The notes beneath the pieces are model-generated. The model made no database searches and was not told where the DNA came from. It saw only the letters and a program-made list of their open reading frames with translations. Source: Phoronis australis (Eukaryota > Animalia > Phoronida). Taken from it: a stretch of 64,000 bases of DNA. Where the stretch lies: NCBI GenBank assembly GCA_002633005.1, contig NMRA01000002.1, forward strand, positions 1,075,278-1,139,277, read 5' to 3'. This document shows positions 11,951-27,893 of the stretch, piece by piece (position 1 is the first letter of the stretch; each line of letters opens with the position of its first letter). Position numbers and translations under genes: made by a program.

Positions 11951-14900
11951 ATTTTCAAAATAAACTGGATCATGGACAGCGTCGAAGTTCGACGAAATCG
12001 CGACTAAATACCCATTTCTTTTTTAAAGGATACCTTTCAATTCGAGCAAATTTTCCACGAAATCGCGACAGATGTGACTCCACACACTTTGTCGCCAATC
12101 GCCTTTTTTAAACAAATAATTGGCGGCCAGGCGCAACAACATCACTTTAAACTTTGGCCAAAGGTCGACAAAAATGTCATTTTATCGTAACAAATGTGAC
12201 TAAATTGTCAAAAGATTCTTGTAAGAATTTCGTCCAAGTTTGGCAAAGTCTAACAGAATTCTGTAGAAATCTGACTAGTGTTTTTAAAAACTTCTGTTCG
12301 CTATTGGGATGACAGCTGTAGAACATTTCGTGAGTCCTTTCACCTTTCAATTTACTTTTTATGCCTAAATGAATTGTTTCTAATTCATTAGTTCCCTCCT
12401 TTCAACCTTTGTACATCTGTAAAATTAAGTTTTTATGAATTAAACAGGCACATTTGTTGGACAGTAGAAGGCGTTGTAAACAACACCATTAGCCAATCAC
12501 AAACTGAAAAGGCCATTTCCGGAACCCGTGGTAGATACAGATTATCACAAAAAGGCAAAAGTGTGTTTGCATGCATACAATTCGTCAGAGTACATTATTT
12601 GTCAAATATAGTCTACGATTACGAAAATGTGTATATCATGTTCTGTTTATTTTGAAACATAATGACATGATGAAAGGGCATCACTAGAGAATACATGTTA
12701 ATAAAGCTGCTTTGCTTTAAAATTCATTTTGTTCTGGTTTTTAACGAAAATGAAGCCCAGGGAATGCCTAATTTCTTTGCAGGCCGAACGGGGTAACCAT
12801 AGTTAAATTATTTTATGTTGGAGTTATCAGTAATAACATTTCAGATTAAAATCTGAAAGATGGCATTAACTTTACCAAAAATAAACGATATCAAGGCGCT
12901 AATTTATAGCAACACAATTATATACTTTAAGATTATAATATTGCAACTATGATAATTGGCCAAAAATGAGCAGTTAAGCTCTAATAATCTGGTAAATGTT
13001 GATCAATATTCAATTTTTGTCCTCTTGCATAACACAAGTGTATGCTCCAGCCAAAAAACAGATTCGAAAACAGTAAAAATGGCCACTAGGAGGCGCAAAC
13101 TACGTCGAATCCATCCGAAAACGAGAGGATGGTCTCCACGCAGCACTCCCAAATTGTTCCAAAGGTGTCAATGTTCAACGAAAATGAAATTTTACTTCAA
13201 AGAGGATATGGGCCCGTAGGAGGCCAGTGGAGGAAATTGTTGGCGGACCTGGAGGCCTACTTTATCGTACTTTTGTAAATAAAATTCCATCACCCCCCTC
13301 AAACTTGTTCAATTGAAACAACTTACTTTTTTAGTATAAACATCATTTTTAATCTTATATTTATTGCTATTTTGGAGGCCTACTTTGCTTGTTTTATGTG
13401 ACCAACGGTGTTAAGGTGTGTCTGTTAAAATGTCTAAAACAACGTTTTTAAAGTAATGCTGCATTGTACAAGAACTCTAAATTTCAACGTTTTGTCCGTT
13501 TCACTAAATTCATTGTCAAATTACATGTGCAAATTCAAACGCGGGAAATTTTTTGAAAAGTACACCTATGAGTGGGGTGGAAAGCGTCAAAGTAAAACAG
13601 ATGGATGAAAGTTCCCAGGACACGTTTTATTAAAGCTCCTACAGCGTAGGCCTCACTGACTAATGGCGAAGGTCGACCTCAGGGGTGCCTGCACGGGGGG
13701 AGGGGGTTACTGAGATGCCGACAAGTATGGCGATACACCTGTTTTTTAAATAAACATGTATTGCTGTTCTGGAAACTCATATTGTAGTTTAATATATTTT
13801 GTAATGACGTTCCCAGTCTTTTCAAAATGACTCGTCAACAAATTTGAGGCCACGCAGTAAACTGTTTCCAAAGACCACCCTTTCGTGCAAATTTATATAA
13901 TCATAGTTAGCTACTCATGTACTTAAAGTCGAACAGCCCCCGAACACACTTTATTTCTTCTTCAAATGAGCTTGGGCACTGTCAATTGAGCATTTGTCTG
14001 AACCATGGCAATTACAACGAGTACAATAAACCTCAGTGCGACAGGGGACTGTATCATTCTTCATTACCCCCAAGTAAAGCTGTGACAGGGACTACATTAC
14101 TACTCATTACCTCATGTGCAGCTGCGTATCTGGACAAGCAGAACCATGTTCTCTATAGTACCGTGGTAATAACAATATGTCGCATCAGACAAACGAAGCA
14201 GAACGCCTCATTACTGGCTGTAACATAGATTATCTATGGCTGTAATTTCATCCTGACGTCAATTAGTCAATAGATGGCGCGACCGTCAAGACCACATGGT
14301 GATTTCGCCCAATGACTGATCATTAATTCGACTTCCCGCCAACTCTGTCGCCAGTTGTATTTCATGCAAACTACGACACGCTCGTCGCAAATGCGTTTCC
14401 ATGTAAAGCGGCTGGTTGGTTTCCTTAAATGAACATTTATGGAACATTTGTAATAAAGGCAACAATCTAATGAATCTTTTCACTTTGAATGTTCTATGGG
14501 TTGTGGTCTCTTTCCTTGAAAATTAGAAAATCAGTTCTGTGCCAACTTGACATATACAATAAGGAGATCTCCGACTGCTAGGCCCTGCCCATACGATTGC
14601 GTTTTTATTTTGGAACTCAGATTTTTCTTCGCGTTCTAAATTTTCGGTCTTCATCAATACATTGTGTCGTTTTCGTTCGTATACCACCCCATCACTAACA
14701 CACTAACACCACAGAACGTAACTTTTTCTTTTCACTTTCAAAAGCATTCCATCTACGGCAAATACTCTAATACGATTATGGTGTCCGCGTTTCTGAAAGT
14801 TGCGATTGCGCCCGTCTACACGAGTAAAATGAACAAAGCGTTTTAAAAAGTTTTTGAAATTTGCGTTTTAGCCTGGCCCCTTCCATACGAATATAGTGAA

Positions 14901-15379
14901 TTCGCAGTTTAAAAAATGCCGCACTCTAGAAAGCGCTTTCAAAACGTGGCGTCGTGTGCTGGACGGCCATCTACATTAGTCTCAGTAGGTGGTGCCACCT
15001 TTCTGTGGACGCCGTGGTACAAGAAATGTCATCAGTTTAATTCACAAAACAAGCTCTTTTCCGGGAATGTTGTATTTCCCAAACAATGAGGTCAGAAAAA
15101 AATCTTGTCATGAAGCATGACACACATCATCTTTGTGCAATACTTTGCATCTCCTTATTCCTCCGAGGGACAATATTCAAGAATGAAACAGCCGCATATT
15201 AAATGAACGTATTTTTAAGTCATTTGGAGGCAGTTTTTGGGTCAAACTTCAAGCAAAAATCATCGAAGAACGATGTTAACCTTTGTCATTGGACGCAGAA
15301 ATGGTGAAATTCATAAAAAAATCCTGTTTTTAATCGTCCCTTTGGCAAAAGCGGATCATTTCAAAACAATTCTTAACAT

Positions 15380-15490
15380 GACCTTGCCTAATATCTGAAG
15401 GTTTCACTACAGTTGTTTCTGATCAGCCACTTCTGGGATGTGATGTTCCGAAGTTAGTCAGATTTGGACATATTTCTATGGCCCTACATA
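15380..15490 (+). repeat. Dispersed repeat end related to 30745-30853
   Basis: Both read ...tgaa(g/a)gtttca...gttccgaagttag(t/c)ca.a.ttggacat...cctacata. Confidence 0.55.
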
Positions 15491-15619
15491 ATCTTTACTT
15501 AGAAAAATTAGTCAGAGCCCTTAATTTGTTGGCGTCGACTACGACACCATGCACAGACTACTTATACTTATACTGGCACTCTCACTAATTATGAGGAATG
15601 TTGCTCTAGAAAATCTTAA

Positions 15620-16300
15620 ATGGCGAATCCCTCAATTCGCTGATTATCAAAGCTGACGAGACAATACAGTAGATCTACTGTTTCAGGTGCGACAATTTGT
15701 TTGACATTCCTCAAGTCAGAACTGTAAAAACAGATTCTTTCTCCATTTTCCGTGAGCTCGATCCGGACCTGGATGGGTCCGCCGATCGGATACTCTCTCT
15801 GGTAAATACTCCCGGATATTTTGAAAATGTTTCTTTCAGTTAAGCATCTTACCATAGATTGCAGCAATAGCTTAAGTTGTGCCTTGGTATCATTAACAGT
15901 GACGGATTTAGAGGGGGGCCAAGGGGGCCATGGCCCCCCTAAAATTCCCCCAGATTCCATTTGGCAGTTCGGGGGTGCGAATGCCTGACGGGCAAAATCC
16001 TGGCTAATGGTCTGCCCTGCCCCCCCCCCCCCCNAATCCTGGACCCGCCCCTGATTACTTTATGTCTCTGTGTGTAGTGTGTGTAGTTTTATGTACACGT
16101 AACCTTTTACACTGAGTCATCTCGACGGCCGGGTGCGTTTTGTGCTGCCAAAGCAGTTCTTACTTTCACCACTTGTAGCGCTGTGTTCCACAACCAAATA
16201 AGGCTAGAGCCGGCCTGAAAGGTGGACTGGAAGTGAACAGATTTGCCCCAGCTCTATATCAACGATTCAAAGTATGCAACACAGAGTAACAACACCAAGT
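15620..16300 (-). pseudogene. Possible highly decayed Penelope-type reverse transcriptase fragment, interrupted by MITE A copy 2
   Basis: Minus-strand peptides PPFRPALALFG (~16200) and CLTERNIFKISGSIYQREYPIGGPI (15780-15850) resemble, in the right order, the PLE RT motifs PxRPI and FxFxGxxYxQxxGxxMGxP. Confidence 0.35.
15897..16053 (+). mobile_element. GC-rich MITE family A, copy 2
   Basis: cagtgacggatttag ... ctggacccgcccctg; flanks attaa/attac. Confidence 0.85.
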
Positions 16301-16822
16301 TTTAAATAGGCCGCTGGTATTAAGTATAGATAATAATGCTTTTTCTCACTTAAAGTTGAATTAACCCTGTATGATTGGCTAAAAAACTAAACTGAACGAG
16401 GCCTTTTACTGACTCTCATAAAATCCGATTTCATCTCCTAACATGCGTGAATTCAAGTCACAAGCACTGCGTGCATGCCCCAATTTACAATTCACAATTT
16501 TAGGGTTGGACAATTCCAATAAACTCTGAAGTGTTTTCTCGAGTTGTTCGGCGATGTTCGTGTTGGTAACGGAAATAGATATCTTTCACGGTAAGGGAAA
16601 GTAAGAGACCGATTTTTATGACAATAAAAGACCCGATTCGAGTTCCGCTTTTTAGCGAATTTTACAGGGCAAGGTGCAGCAGTCTCCCCTTTGACCGACG
16701 CAGATTGTCGTGTGCCGAGATTCGTTGTGGTAAAAACCAGATCCTAAGTTACAACATAGTCTGTAGTACAGCTATTGCGGACCATCTACGGATACCACAG
16801 TTGACATTTTAGGCGGAAAACA

Positions 16823-17377
16823 CCCGGAGGTTACTTCTAAGAAGAGAATGGTTTTTTCACACGGGAAATTGCAGTTTCTCGGGTCTGCGCCGAAAGGTTG
16901 CCTTTCTCGACAAATTTTCTTGTGTTGGGGGATCAATACTCTACAATCGCAGGAATAAACGAGGTGCAAAGGTGTGTTCAAAAAGCCGGACTTGTATATA
17001 GGCGGGGGGCTGTACTTTGACGACAAAAAAGAGAAAAAAGTTACAACACGTTACATAGATCTAGATTAATCCAGGAGATAAGGACTTCAAAATTGTCTGT
17101 GTTTTTAAAACTCCGGTTGCAAACGATGCAGTCATTTTTGGCGACATGGCACCACCCCTAATTGACTTTCTCTCGCTTAACGGGAAATTCAGCTATTCAA
17201 GAATACTTCCTGACTAGAGGATAGGTAAGAAGTTAATACCCACTAAGGGATAACTTTTTCATGGAAATTCCCTGACTGGGTTACTTTTTTCAAGTCTACT
17301 TCCCGAAGTGGGTACTAGGTATTCATCTTTCCTAGTTCAGTGCACCCCCGTCAAAAATGTAGTCGAGTACCCCCGGG
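16823..17377. mobile_element. Decayed CCC...GGG-ended (EnSpm/CACTA-like) non-autonomous element
   Basis: Left cccggaggttact / right gagtaccccggg-type imperfect inverted ends; short repeated ttccc/ctgactgg motifs near the right end. Confidence 0.4.
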
Positions 17378-17558
17378 GAAACTTACGTTGTATGTGGTAC
17401 TTGGAGAGCATTATTTGAAGCAAGTGGACAAAACACGCTCAGAGTTTAGACGGATCTGTGTAATTACGTACATGTGGTGGCGCAGTGCAAACCAAACAAG
17501 GGCTTGGAGGAACCTCGCACATAGGAGTTAACGGCCTACTTTGTCGGAGGAGCCATCG

Positions 17559-17809
17559 CAGTAGTGTGCAAAAGGAAGGGGGTGACGACGGTGCAACCGC
17601 GGCCCCGGGCATCCACATCGAGGGGCATCCAACAACTATGAATACATTTTTCGAAATTGTGACTTAGTTAAATTGAGTAGTCTCTATTTTGTGTTTCATC
17701 TTTGTTTTTACTTTTCTTAGTACTAGGGTTCATGCGTTTTGGTAGAGAGAGGGCCATCCGTTCAAATAAATAATCACCCCGGGCATCACCAAACCTCTGC
17801 ACGCTACTA
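17559..17809. mobile_element. GC-rich MITE, family C
   Basis: Ends cagtagtgtgca / tgcacgctacta; repeated ccccgggcatc motif inside; TSD not intact. Confidence 0.55.
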
Positions 17810-19414
17810 ACCCGTCGTTTAACTATTTCTCAGTGTGAGCGCTATTTTCGTTTTTGTGTCGTTATGTGTTTTTGGTTAAACCTGGACAATGTTTTGTGTT
17901 TGAGTTATTATCCAAAGCATCTATTTGACTTGAGTGTTGTTAACAGTTTTTGTTGTGTGTTTCAATTGAATTAAACATGTCTATCATTCAATCGTTTTCC
18001 GTGGCGGCCAAGTGATTACCGTATATGGTTACTTTGTGGAAGCTTAAAAGTATCTTGGAATACGTTATTTCCATAGCTTACAGTTATGAAGATAATCATT
18101 TTAATCTGATGTGTGTGTAGTTGAAGTGGGCTATACAAAATGGCATAATATGTCATTTACTCTTGACGTCGATAAGTGAAATAAATACTCTCACACTGAC
18201 ACGGTCATACAGTGTACGTGGAAAAGAAAGACGCAGTGTGAGATGACGTCAGCGTGACTAGTGAATCCCGAATGTGAGATCATCTCACACTTTTGACCTG
18301 GAGTCGGTTAGGTGACTATTTTTGAAGACAGTTAGTATGTAGTGTAGTGTAATATTAGTCCATGATTCTTTAAACGCGGGCCACGCTAACAGTTTATAGT
18401 ACGATGTATTGGCAGTGTTGGCACAAATGGTCATTAGCCTGTAAATATTCTCATCTGCGGTTTGTAAATGAAATCGACATCAGCTGAAAAAGTTAAAGAC
18501 CACTTTTTGCGAATCCGACTTAGTGACACCTATTGCGGACTTCACAAACTAGACTGTTCTTATCATGAGGTACAAATTTAGTTGTTTTTTTTGAGGAGCA
18601 ATAGACCCATGTCTTCCCTAGGACATTTTCTGTTGTAAAATAGCTCTCATCTTGTTCCTTACTGAGACTTCTTGGCTTGAGAAGAAATGACAGTCGTTAG
18701 TGCTTTGAATTAGTGCAGTTAAGTTGCTTGGCACGGCGGGTTACTTTCAGTCAACAAGGCTTTGGGGCCAGGCGCTTTATAGTAACCAACTTCAATTCAA
18801 ACAAAAGATAAAAACGCGATGACATTACTTTGGAAGGGCAAGTAAAAAAATTCAAAGTACGATATTTCCAGGCTCCTTTTATGAGTTACTTCAAAATAAA
18901 CCAAGCTTGAAAAGTTGCAATCACAAATCGCAAACTACACAGAAAACTGACAGTTCATATTGTTTGTCATGTCCGTGACGCCATGATCAGTTCGGTATTT
19001 CGCATTTATGTTTTGAAGAAAACGACGTATCTGAAGAATTTTCCAAGATTTTCAAGACTTTTCGTCTGTTCCGAATCAAATCCGTGGGAAAGGAAAAGAA
19101 AAGGGGGAACTTTAGCAGTGTATGATTTTATGTGACATTTAGTCTTTCGTGTGGTGTTACAAATGTTTCAAGGAACAATGAACAGGAGTAATAACTGTTG
19201 ACTCAAAAGTTTCGTTTAGCCCACACCAAAAATTTCTCTCAATCAAAGGTCATGAGATCACGGCCATGAAAAATGTTTTTTCTCAAGTGGAAGCCCTTCT
19301 ATAGGCTGAAGAGAGGAATGTACATAAACACTCGCCATTCATAAGCCGGCAGGCAGTGATGATAGCTGGAAAGTTATGAGCTTGTTATGACAACCAGATA
19401 GCACTGCAATACTG

Positions 19415-19660
19415 ACCATCTTCATCATCATCAAAATCATTACCATCACTGTGACTATCATCAACAGCAGCGTCACCGGCTATCACCACCATCATGTCAC
19501 CACCACACCACCACTAGTACCATCATCACCGCCACCATCATCAACATCGTCATAATTACAACCGCCGTCAACGCCGCTCACCACTACCGCCACCACCATC
19601 ACCGCCACTGTCAGTTACCAAAGAAATCACCATCACCACCCCGCCTCAGTCATCATCATT
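19415..19660. repeat. Imperfect (CAT/CAC)n trinucleotide tract
   Basis: catcatcatc/caccaccacc mixtures over ~240 bp. Confidence 0.85.
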
Positions 19661-22074
19661 TAATTTTTTACAAAGATGCGTTATTTGGCATTTCTCGCCC
19701 GTATTTGGCCCACGTTATTTTGGGTGATTCAATCCAGTTGGTAACTAGTGATAAGCGCGTACTACGCCCTTCAGACGGTTGTTAGTGTCAATAACCTAGC
19801 CAAACCCATCCGTTACATCCCCTCTTAATTTGGTTACCCCAAGCCACCAATGAACGCTTTGAGAATTAAGTCGATGGTGGCTCAAAATTGTTTTGAAAAA
19901 TCTTCCAACAAAATTTAGGTCATTGCATGTCGTAATTACCCTCAACTCATTACATATGATCTAGAATCGTGTTTGATAAAGCAGGCGACATGAAACAGTT
20001 TGAGCGGGAAACCTAACGTCTGCTGGTGGAGTTCTCGCCTGCTGGTATTGGTTGACTTATATGGTCATAACAAAGCCGTGGTTTGACTAAGACAGCTGAG
20101 GCGCACAGTTTAACACTCTGCAACTGAAAAGAGAATATTAGATAGTACTATTTCATCACTGTCAAAAGCACGATTGCGTATTTTGGCATCACATGGATTA
20201 TATTCGGTTAGTATCAACCTACATAAGGTCACTAATGAGTTGAAATTCAGGAACATCAATAAACTACATCAGTTAAAGTTGCAAAAAATAGACCACATAT
20301 CTAAAAATAAACGTGTTCAAAGGCTTAATACATCGAGCAACATCTAAGGTGTTTCCCATAGTAAGTATGCGTGTAAAGTATTTTTATAACTCTAAAAATC
20401 AGTCAAGATTTTAAACATTAACTAAAGACAAATATATCTGTTAGCGAGCAACAAACGCCAGGCGGTAGTTCAAAGCATTCACATACACATGGTTTATGGC
20501 GTTATGCCGGAGCAAATTGAAAGTTTACAAATATCGGATATTATCCAACAACATATTGAAATGTGTTATTTTTCGTTTCAATGCTGTTGGTGCTGAGAAT
20601 AATGTCATTATATGATTAAGTAAAAGTGAATGAGTTTGAGTCGGGTGCTCCAAGAGGCACGGTATATGTCAGAGATGCTGAGTTTTAGTTGAGTGAAAGG
20701 TCAACATTTAGACAAGATGTAAACTAATCTTTATTCATTCGTGACACTCGGTTACAAGCCGACTTTTCACAATTTAGCCTTTGGGGCATAGATTGAGTAG
20801 GAGGCACTTGCACACAATAATAGATGAATATTCAAATTTTGCAACTGTTATTATTTTCACTGGACAGTGCCAAAGCGTGTCATCTATGCAATATTAAAGC
20901 ATGGTGACTTGATTCATGACGTCAAGCCTCTTGGAATAACTATTCCTCAACTGCCATTTTTATTTGTGCTCAAAACAAACACAAAAACAAAAAAATCATT
21001 ATTTGATTTACGTTCATTGTTTTACGGCTTGTTGACGCCATGTCGGCTGGCAAACTGTCATTCAAAAAAGAGACGTCGGCGTGTGTACGCAGGCCCACTA
21101 TTCCGAGGCTGGGACTTCATCTTGTGTTTTGACAAAAAACATTAAGTTTTAGCAGGTTTATAGTAGAGCTGGTCACCAAATGGCCGATGGCGGTTGCAAG
21201 GGTTTTGGTGTCAATGCATGTTTATTATGAGTAGAGTAACACTACTGTCGCAAGTAAACATGCCGCGGCAACGTCGAAAGATCGCGGCGACATCTCTTTA
21301 GTATTTAAGCATGAACTTTCTTCAAAGGAGTTTTGCTTATTTATTCTTCTACGGCAAGGTATCGTGTTCTTACCTGTTGTTAGAATTAAAATTGTTTACA
21401 ATAATATAAGTAATCATTTGTTACAATAAATCCCCTGGAATTTACCTGACAGCGCTTCACTGCAAGCCGCTGTGGTATTGAAAATGTGGGTTTTGTTGAG
21501 TTTTGTTGCATTTGATCGTGGAATCAGTGTATGCGACTCCCTGAAATTCGAAATCATGCACTTTTGCCATTATCAAATGTATAATACAAGGGTTAACGAT
21601 GCACCAACGCCCTCACAACCTTCCCAGAAAAACAAAACACGATGCAGCGCATGCAAACACTGTGACGAGACAATGTCTATGCAAACGTGTAGGTACACTA
21701 GAACAATACCGTATCATTAGGCGCTATATCTCATTTTCCAACCGGCAACTAAGAATGCTTCTCACAGGTTGGGATTACAGTCGGCCACTTCACCATTGCG
21801 CCTAAACTTTTATAACCGTCTCCTTTTATTTGTGGATTACGGAACGTCAGCAATAACCGCTGCCAGTTCGTGACAACGTTTTTTCAGACTCTTTTAGGCA
21901 CTGCGAGTTATAAAAGCTATATCCTTATTGAAAATTGAACTTTTTCACTGTTTGAAGCGTAAAAATCGGTTAACTACAACAAGAGAAAAAGGAATAGCGC
22001 GCATTGCAACTGCGGTTCTTTTCTTGATATTTCCCAGCGTGTATTTAGTGAATCTGCCAGAGCAACGCAATTGG

Positions 22075-22231
22075 CAGGGGCGGATCCAGGATTTTTATTT
22101 AGGGGGGCCAGGGCAGAGTATTAGCCAGGATTTTGCCCGTCAGACGGCGCACCCCCGAAATGCCAAATGGAATCTGGGAGAGTTTTAGGGGGGGCCATGG
22201 CCCCCTTGGCCGCCCTCTAAATCCGCCACAG
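22075..22231 (-). mobile_element. GC-rich MITE family A, copy 3 (inverted)
   Basis: Reverse complement of the 3384 and 15897 copies; exact 5-bp TSD attgg (22070-22074, 22232-22236). Confidence 0.9.
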
Positions 22232-22359
22232 ATTGGAGCGATTTGACTTCCGTTAACCGACTCACAATAGAGACCTCATGTGAGTGGTATTACGTAATAA
22301 CCCCGACGAATGAAGTGAAATTTCGTGACTGGGGAACGCGTCATGGCAACAACTGGTGT

Positions 22360-22572
22360 CAGTAGACAAGTACAATACGTACCCCAGGAAACAACGTATG
22401 TAGACCAGTACGATACCTTAACAACAGCGCATGTAGACTTCTACAATACGTACCTGGTAACAGCCCGTGTAGACTTCTGCAATACCTTGGTAACAGCGCA
22501 TATAAACTTGTAAAATAGCCTGGTAAAAGCGCATGTAGACTTGGAAAATACCATTGTAACAGTGCACGTAAT
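22360..22572. repeat. Degenerate ~30-bp minisatellite (GTAGACTT..CAATACCTGGTAACAGCGCAT)
   Basis: About seven diverged tandem units. Confidence 0.75.
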
Positions 22573-25500
22573 CATGGGGACAATTCCTCTTTTACCCACA
22601 ATTTTCGGTAGCCCTTCCCCCTCGCCCCTTTTAAAGGTGTACGAGGCCGCACCTCTTTTAGCTTATGTACTGCTCTCGGCCGCCACAACTCTTGACTATA
22701 GGAACGACACAAATTAGCCCCTATTTTTCACACATTGCGAGCCCAAACTGTGGCTTATTTCACTTAATGGACGACTCGTCACTGAAACACTGCAGGATTA
22801 TGGTATGTGGTCACGCTTCTTTGTGACATAATTATGACAACGACATTTCCAGACATTGCACATGGTGTCTGACTTTTGTGGGAAAACTTTCTGTGGACCA
22901 TCTCGGGACGAATAATAACCACTTCCCAGGCCACACGGCCTTTTTCCGCAGTTAGCGAGTGTAAAAGGCCAATAATCGATTAAGCTTAAGCTCACAAAAC
23001 AACAACACGCTTACACATGTGCCCTAATGTTCACTTATTCTGCTAAAAGTCGTATATTCAATTAGAATCCTGACTCTATTCCCCCGTCTTTCAAAAAATA
23101 TTTTTGATTGAATATAGGTATTTAATGTAAGACTGAACAAGGAATGAAGCGATTAACAATGAGTGTCCAACAATTCAAACTATTCGAGTAGTTCAAAAAT
23201 GTAATTAATAAGAAAATCTTAATTCAATAGCCTTAATTAAACTAGTGCCTTTACACTTTTTTGCGGATAGAACCTTCCAAGTTTTTCGTTCCGAATAAAC
23301 CTTGTACTACACAATAACGGTATTTAAAGCGATTGTAAATCTGTGTTCCGTCCAAAAACCGAAGACCATGCTAGGCTTGTAAAATGACACGCCGTGACAA
23401 GCCAACTTGTAAAGTCTGGTCTAATTTGGCAATAACGAACGGTCAGTTCTTTCGAAACCAGGTTGAAACTAATTTCGTTGTAACGTTAAGTTGTCTATTG
23501 TTGTGCTGAAAGGCTGTAGTAGAGCAAGGCAATGCATGGCAAAACGTGGCAAGAGCCAGACATTACGTCAGTTTTTCAAACAAATGTTACGTTTAGGAAC
23601 GTATGCGTGTTTCTTGGTGTCAATTAAAAACCGTTGAGTCCGGTCGGCGAAATGGGGGGGGGGGCGTTCGGCAAAACACTCGCGAGCAAAGCTTGTGTGG
23701 TCACGTGCTTCTTTCATAATGCAGTCATAGTGGAATCTAGCGAAGATTTGCCTAACTGGCATTTCTTGCTTTACCGGACACAGAGAGGCTTTCTGTTCAG
23801 ATCTTTAAGTGGGTGCGGTCACCAGCATTCACTACGTACGCCAACTGTGCGTAAATGTTGTCTCACGGACATAAATGCGGTCACCCGAAATAAAATTTTT
23901 GTGTTTACGTATTGACTTCGCTAGCATTCATTCCTAACCTTATTTTATATAATTAGTGTTCATGCAGAAATTGACGATTATTGAGGCAAGTGACCTTGGG
24001 TGCGCCATGAACGTGCGCTCTACAAAGGACGACATTTCAGAAAAGTAAACTAAAATCGATGACTGAACTCGACCTTTTCGTCGGTGATTAAGTCTGCGCT
24101 CGACAACTTCCGACGATCCGCACTCACCTAGCATTATAGTACTTTTGGATTGTTCTCAGGGGTGGTGGGATCAGATCAAGACCTCCGGATCATTTACCAG
24201 CATTTATGTCGTACACTAATATAGAGTTCGGTAATGCGAGCCAGCTGGTTAGGACAGCTACTGCGAATCGTGTTTATGCAAACGCGTGTGACTCTGATCG
24301 GGCAGTGTTCCTCTGTTCGGCGTGGTGTTGAGACACGTCAGATACTAACATCACATTCCAGTAGAGGGTGGCCGGGGGGGAAGCTCAGTGAATTCTGAAA
24401 TGTCAGGCGCAGTTTTGAATGAATGGATAAAAAATGAAATTTACATTGTTCTCCCTTCATTATTGTATGCCTGAATTTGTCAAAAATAGCGTAAAAACTA
24501 ATTAGTTATGATCTGCACCCTCTGTTTAATAGAAAGTCACCCGCCTCACTTTTAATGAAGCTCTTTTTGAAAGCTGAACAAACATGTCTATTAAGAATTT
24601 TTCAGACAAAGCATAGCGAGTATTACCTATTTTATGACGTCAATTGCCAAAGCCAAACGGCCAGCCTCCCTCCGGTCGACATAACCTCTGACACCCCCGC
24701 CACGCAGTTTCTCACATGGGCATGTAGGACAAAATATTCACATGTACGGTAACTGTTTTCCAGTTTTATTACATTCTATTGATTCTGAACTAGATAAAAA
24801 TTGTGAATATCATATTTTTACGTTAGAATTAAGCGTCAAAACGTGCATTCGAGTTTAAGCGCGATGTTAATGCGAATGTATCCGAACTTTTGTTTAGAGG
24901 AGTAACGCCCCCGTCGATTAAGGAATGTTGCACGTGTCACTAGACACGTTCATACGCGAGGGGTGGGAATTTAGAATATCAAATGATCGAAAGTTACTTT
25001 AGTAAATAGTTTGGAATTGAAGTTTTTAAAAGTAGTAAGTCTAGGAAGAATCGTTGCAGCTTTGTTGTTGGCGTTAACTGTGAACCAATGAAAGCTTTTT
25101 ACGTCAGCTAGCGAGCCAGATAATGTATAAAAGCAAAGCATAAGATGACACAATGGTAACGCGTACAACAAGACATTTCATACTGACGAAACATCAAAAT
25201 TTGACATCTTTTGTCTCAATTTGAAATACGGCTGCATTACAGGGGTATGACTGTGCCATGATGTTTGTTTGAAAGTGTGGAAATTAATCACGTGTTTGCA
25301 CAGAAGCCGAAGTTTGTTTGAAAGTCGTCTGTCATTACTCGCTTGTTTGCACAAAAGCCGATGCAAGGTTAACGATTTTCAGGAAACTACTATGTAATAA
25401 TGCCGATGTTTAAAATCAAAATCTTGTCGTTATCATTTACGGCAGAAAAGAAGACAATTTTGTTTTTAATCTACTAGTTTTTGATTGTTTCACTCTGTCG

Positions 25501-26166
25501 AATCTCACCAAAGAAAACCAGCCAAAAGATTAAGTAACCCAGGGGCAAACGTTAAAATCTCACCCGTGTTTGTTAGGTTTTAATCCAAAAAAATATCAAA
25601 GTGTTTTTAAACATGTTTCACGCTTTGTTTACGTACACATTTGTTAGTGAGGATATATATTATACCAGAGAAGTTGGGGTATGGTTGGTATGAAAGCAAT
25701 TTGTACCGTTGAACTCACAAAGTGTGCGAATGACTTGCTCGTAAGTGAATTTGACATCAATTACCTTAATAAACCTAATTACAGCTACTTCAAGGTAATA
25801 ATTAGAAAATTCGGTTAATAATAGTGGCTCAAAACAAGTGTAGCCATGGTAGAGTTTACAAATGAAACGTCGATACAACATTTTGAATTATTATAGTGTT
25901 TTGGGAAAACGCCGTTTTGTTCTATTCCTGTCAGCGGTTGGTGAAATGTGTGGTAAATGTAAACGTGTGGTAAATGTGTGTGAGTATTCTGCCGGATCAA
26001 CGCAGTGTAAAGCGGGACAGTGAAAATGTACAATATCACTTAACAGGAATTCGTGGAGTTAATTTAAATCCACATAGTACGCGTCCATTATCAATCTCAA
26101 TCACTGCAGACACCACAGCTATAACTGTGCCGACCAGCGAACAAAAACTAAGGTCTTTCTGTGTTA

Positions 26167-26285
26167 CCACATTTGGCAGCGAGATATGACCATATACGGG
26201 CGAGCTTCAGTGTAGTTCGCCAGTTTTCCTGGAAGACAGCAGCAGCTGGTATAAAAAAGTCGCTGCCAAGTGGCGTCTATCAGTT
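26167..26285 (+). promoter_or_regulatory. Actin-1 proximal promoter: CArG-like boxes, TTCCTGGAA, E-box, TATA, Inr
   Basis: CCACATTTGG 26167-76 and CCATATACGG 26190-99 (one mismatch each to CC(A/T)6GG); TTCCTGGAA 26226-34; CAGCTG 26243-48; TATAAAA 26250-56; TCAGTT initiator 26280-85 at canonical ~30-bp spacing. Confidence 0.8.
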
Positions 26286-26324
26286 GAGCTGAGACAGCCT
26301 GTGTGTTCATTTTCGCTCGTGTAG

Positions 26325-27476
<1,152 letters not shown>

Positions 27477-27871
27477 ATTTCTGCAAGGTTTACATTCTCG
27501 TTCCGTTTGGACTTTATTGCTTCTACTCGCGCAATATCGAGGACAAACCCGGACTTATAACATGAGAATTGTGACTTTCGTGATGCATTGAAAACGGATG
27601 AACTAACACAGGAACGAGTGAACGAGGGACTGATCTCGGAACAACTGGACGCTTAAATGTTTGTATTAAAAGAACATTAAATATACCTGAAAGGTATTGA
27701 GGACCGAAAGACAAACTCTCTGTTGGTAGGCTAGTGCGCCATGTCTCATAGTTGTGGTTAGTCTTTGCTCAAAAATCTCTGCAAGGTTGTAAAAAACACA
27801 GCGCTATTTTACATTTTTGTAACTGTAAAATTTTATTCGGCAACTGAAGTTCGCGGAAATTCCGCAAACAA

Positions 27872-27893
27872 AATAAACCCTTTCTGTAATAAA
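27872..27893 (+). terminator. Polyadenylation signals of actin 1
   Basis: AATAAA at 27872 and 27888 followed by a GT-rich tract (tgttattgttgttgtttgt). Confidence 0.65.
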
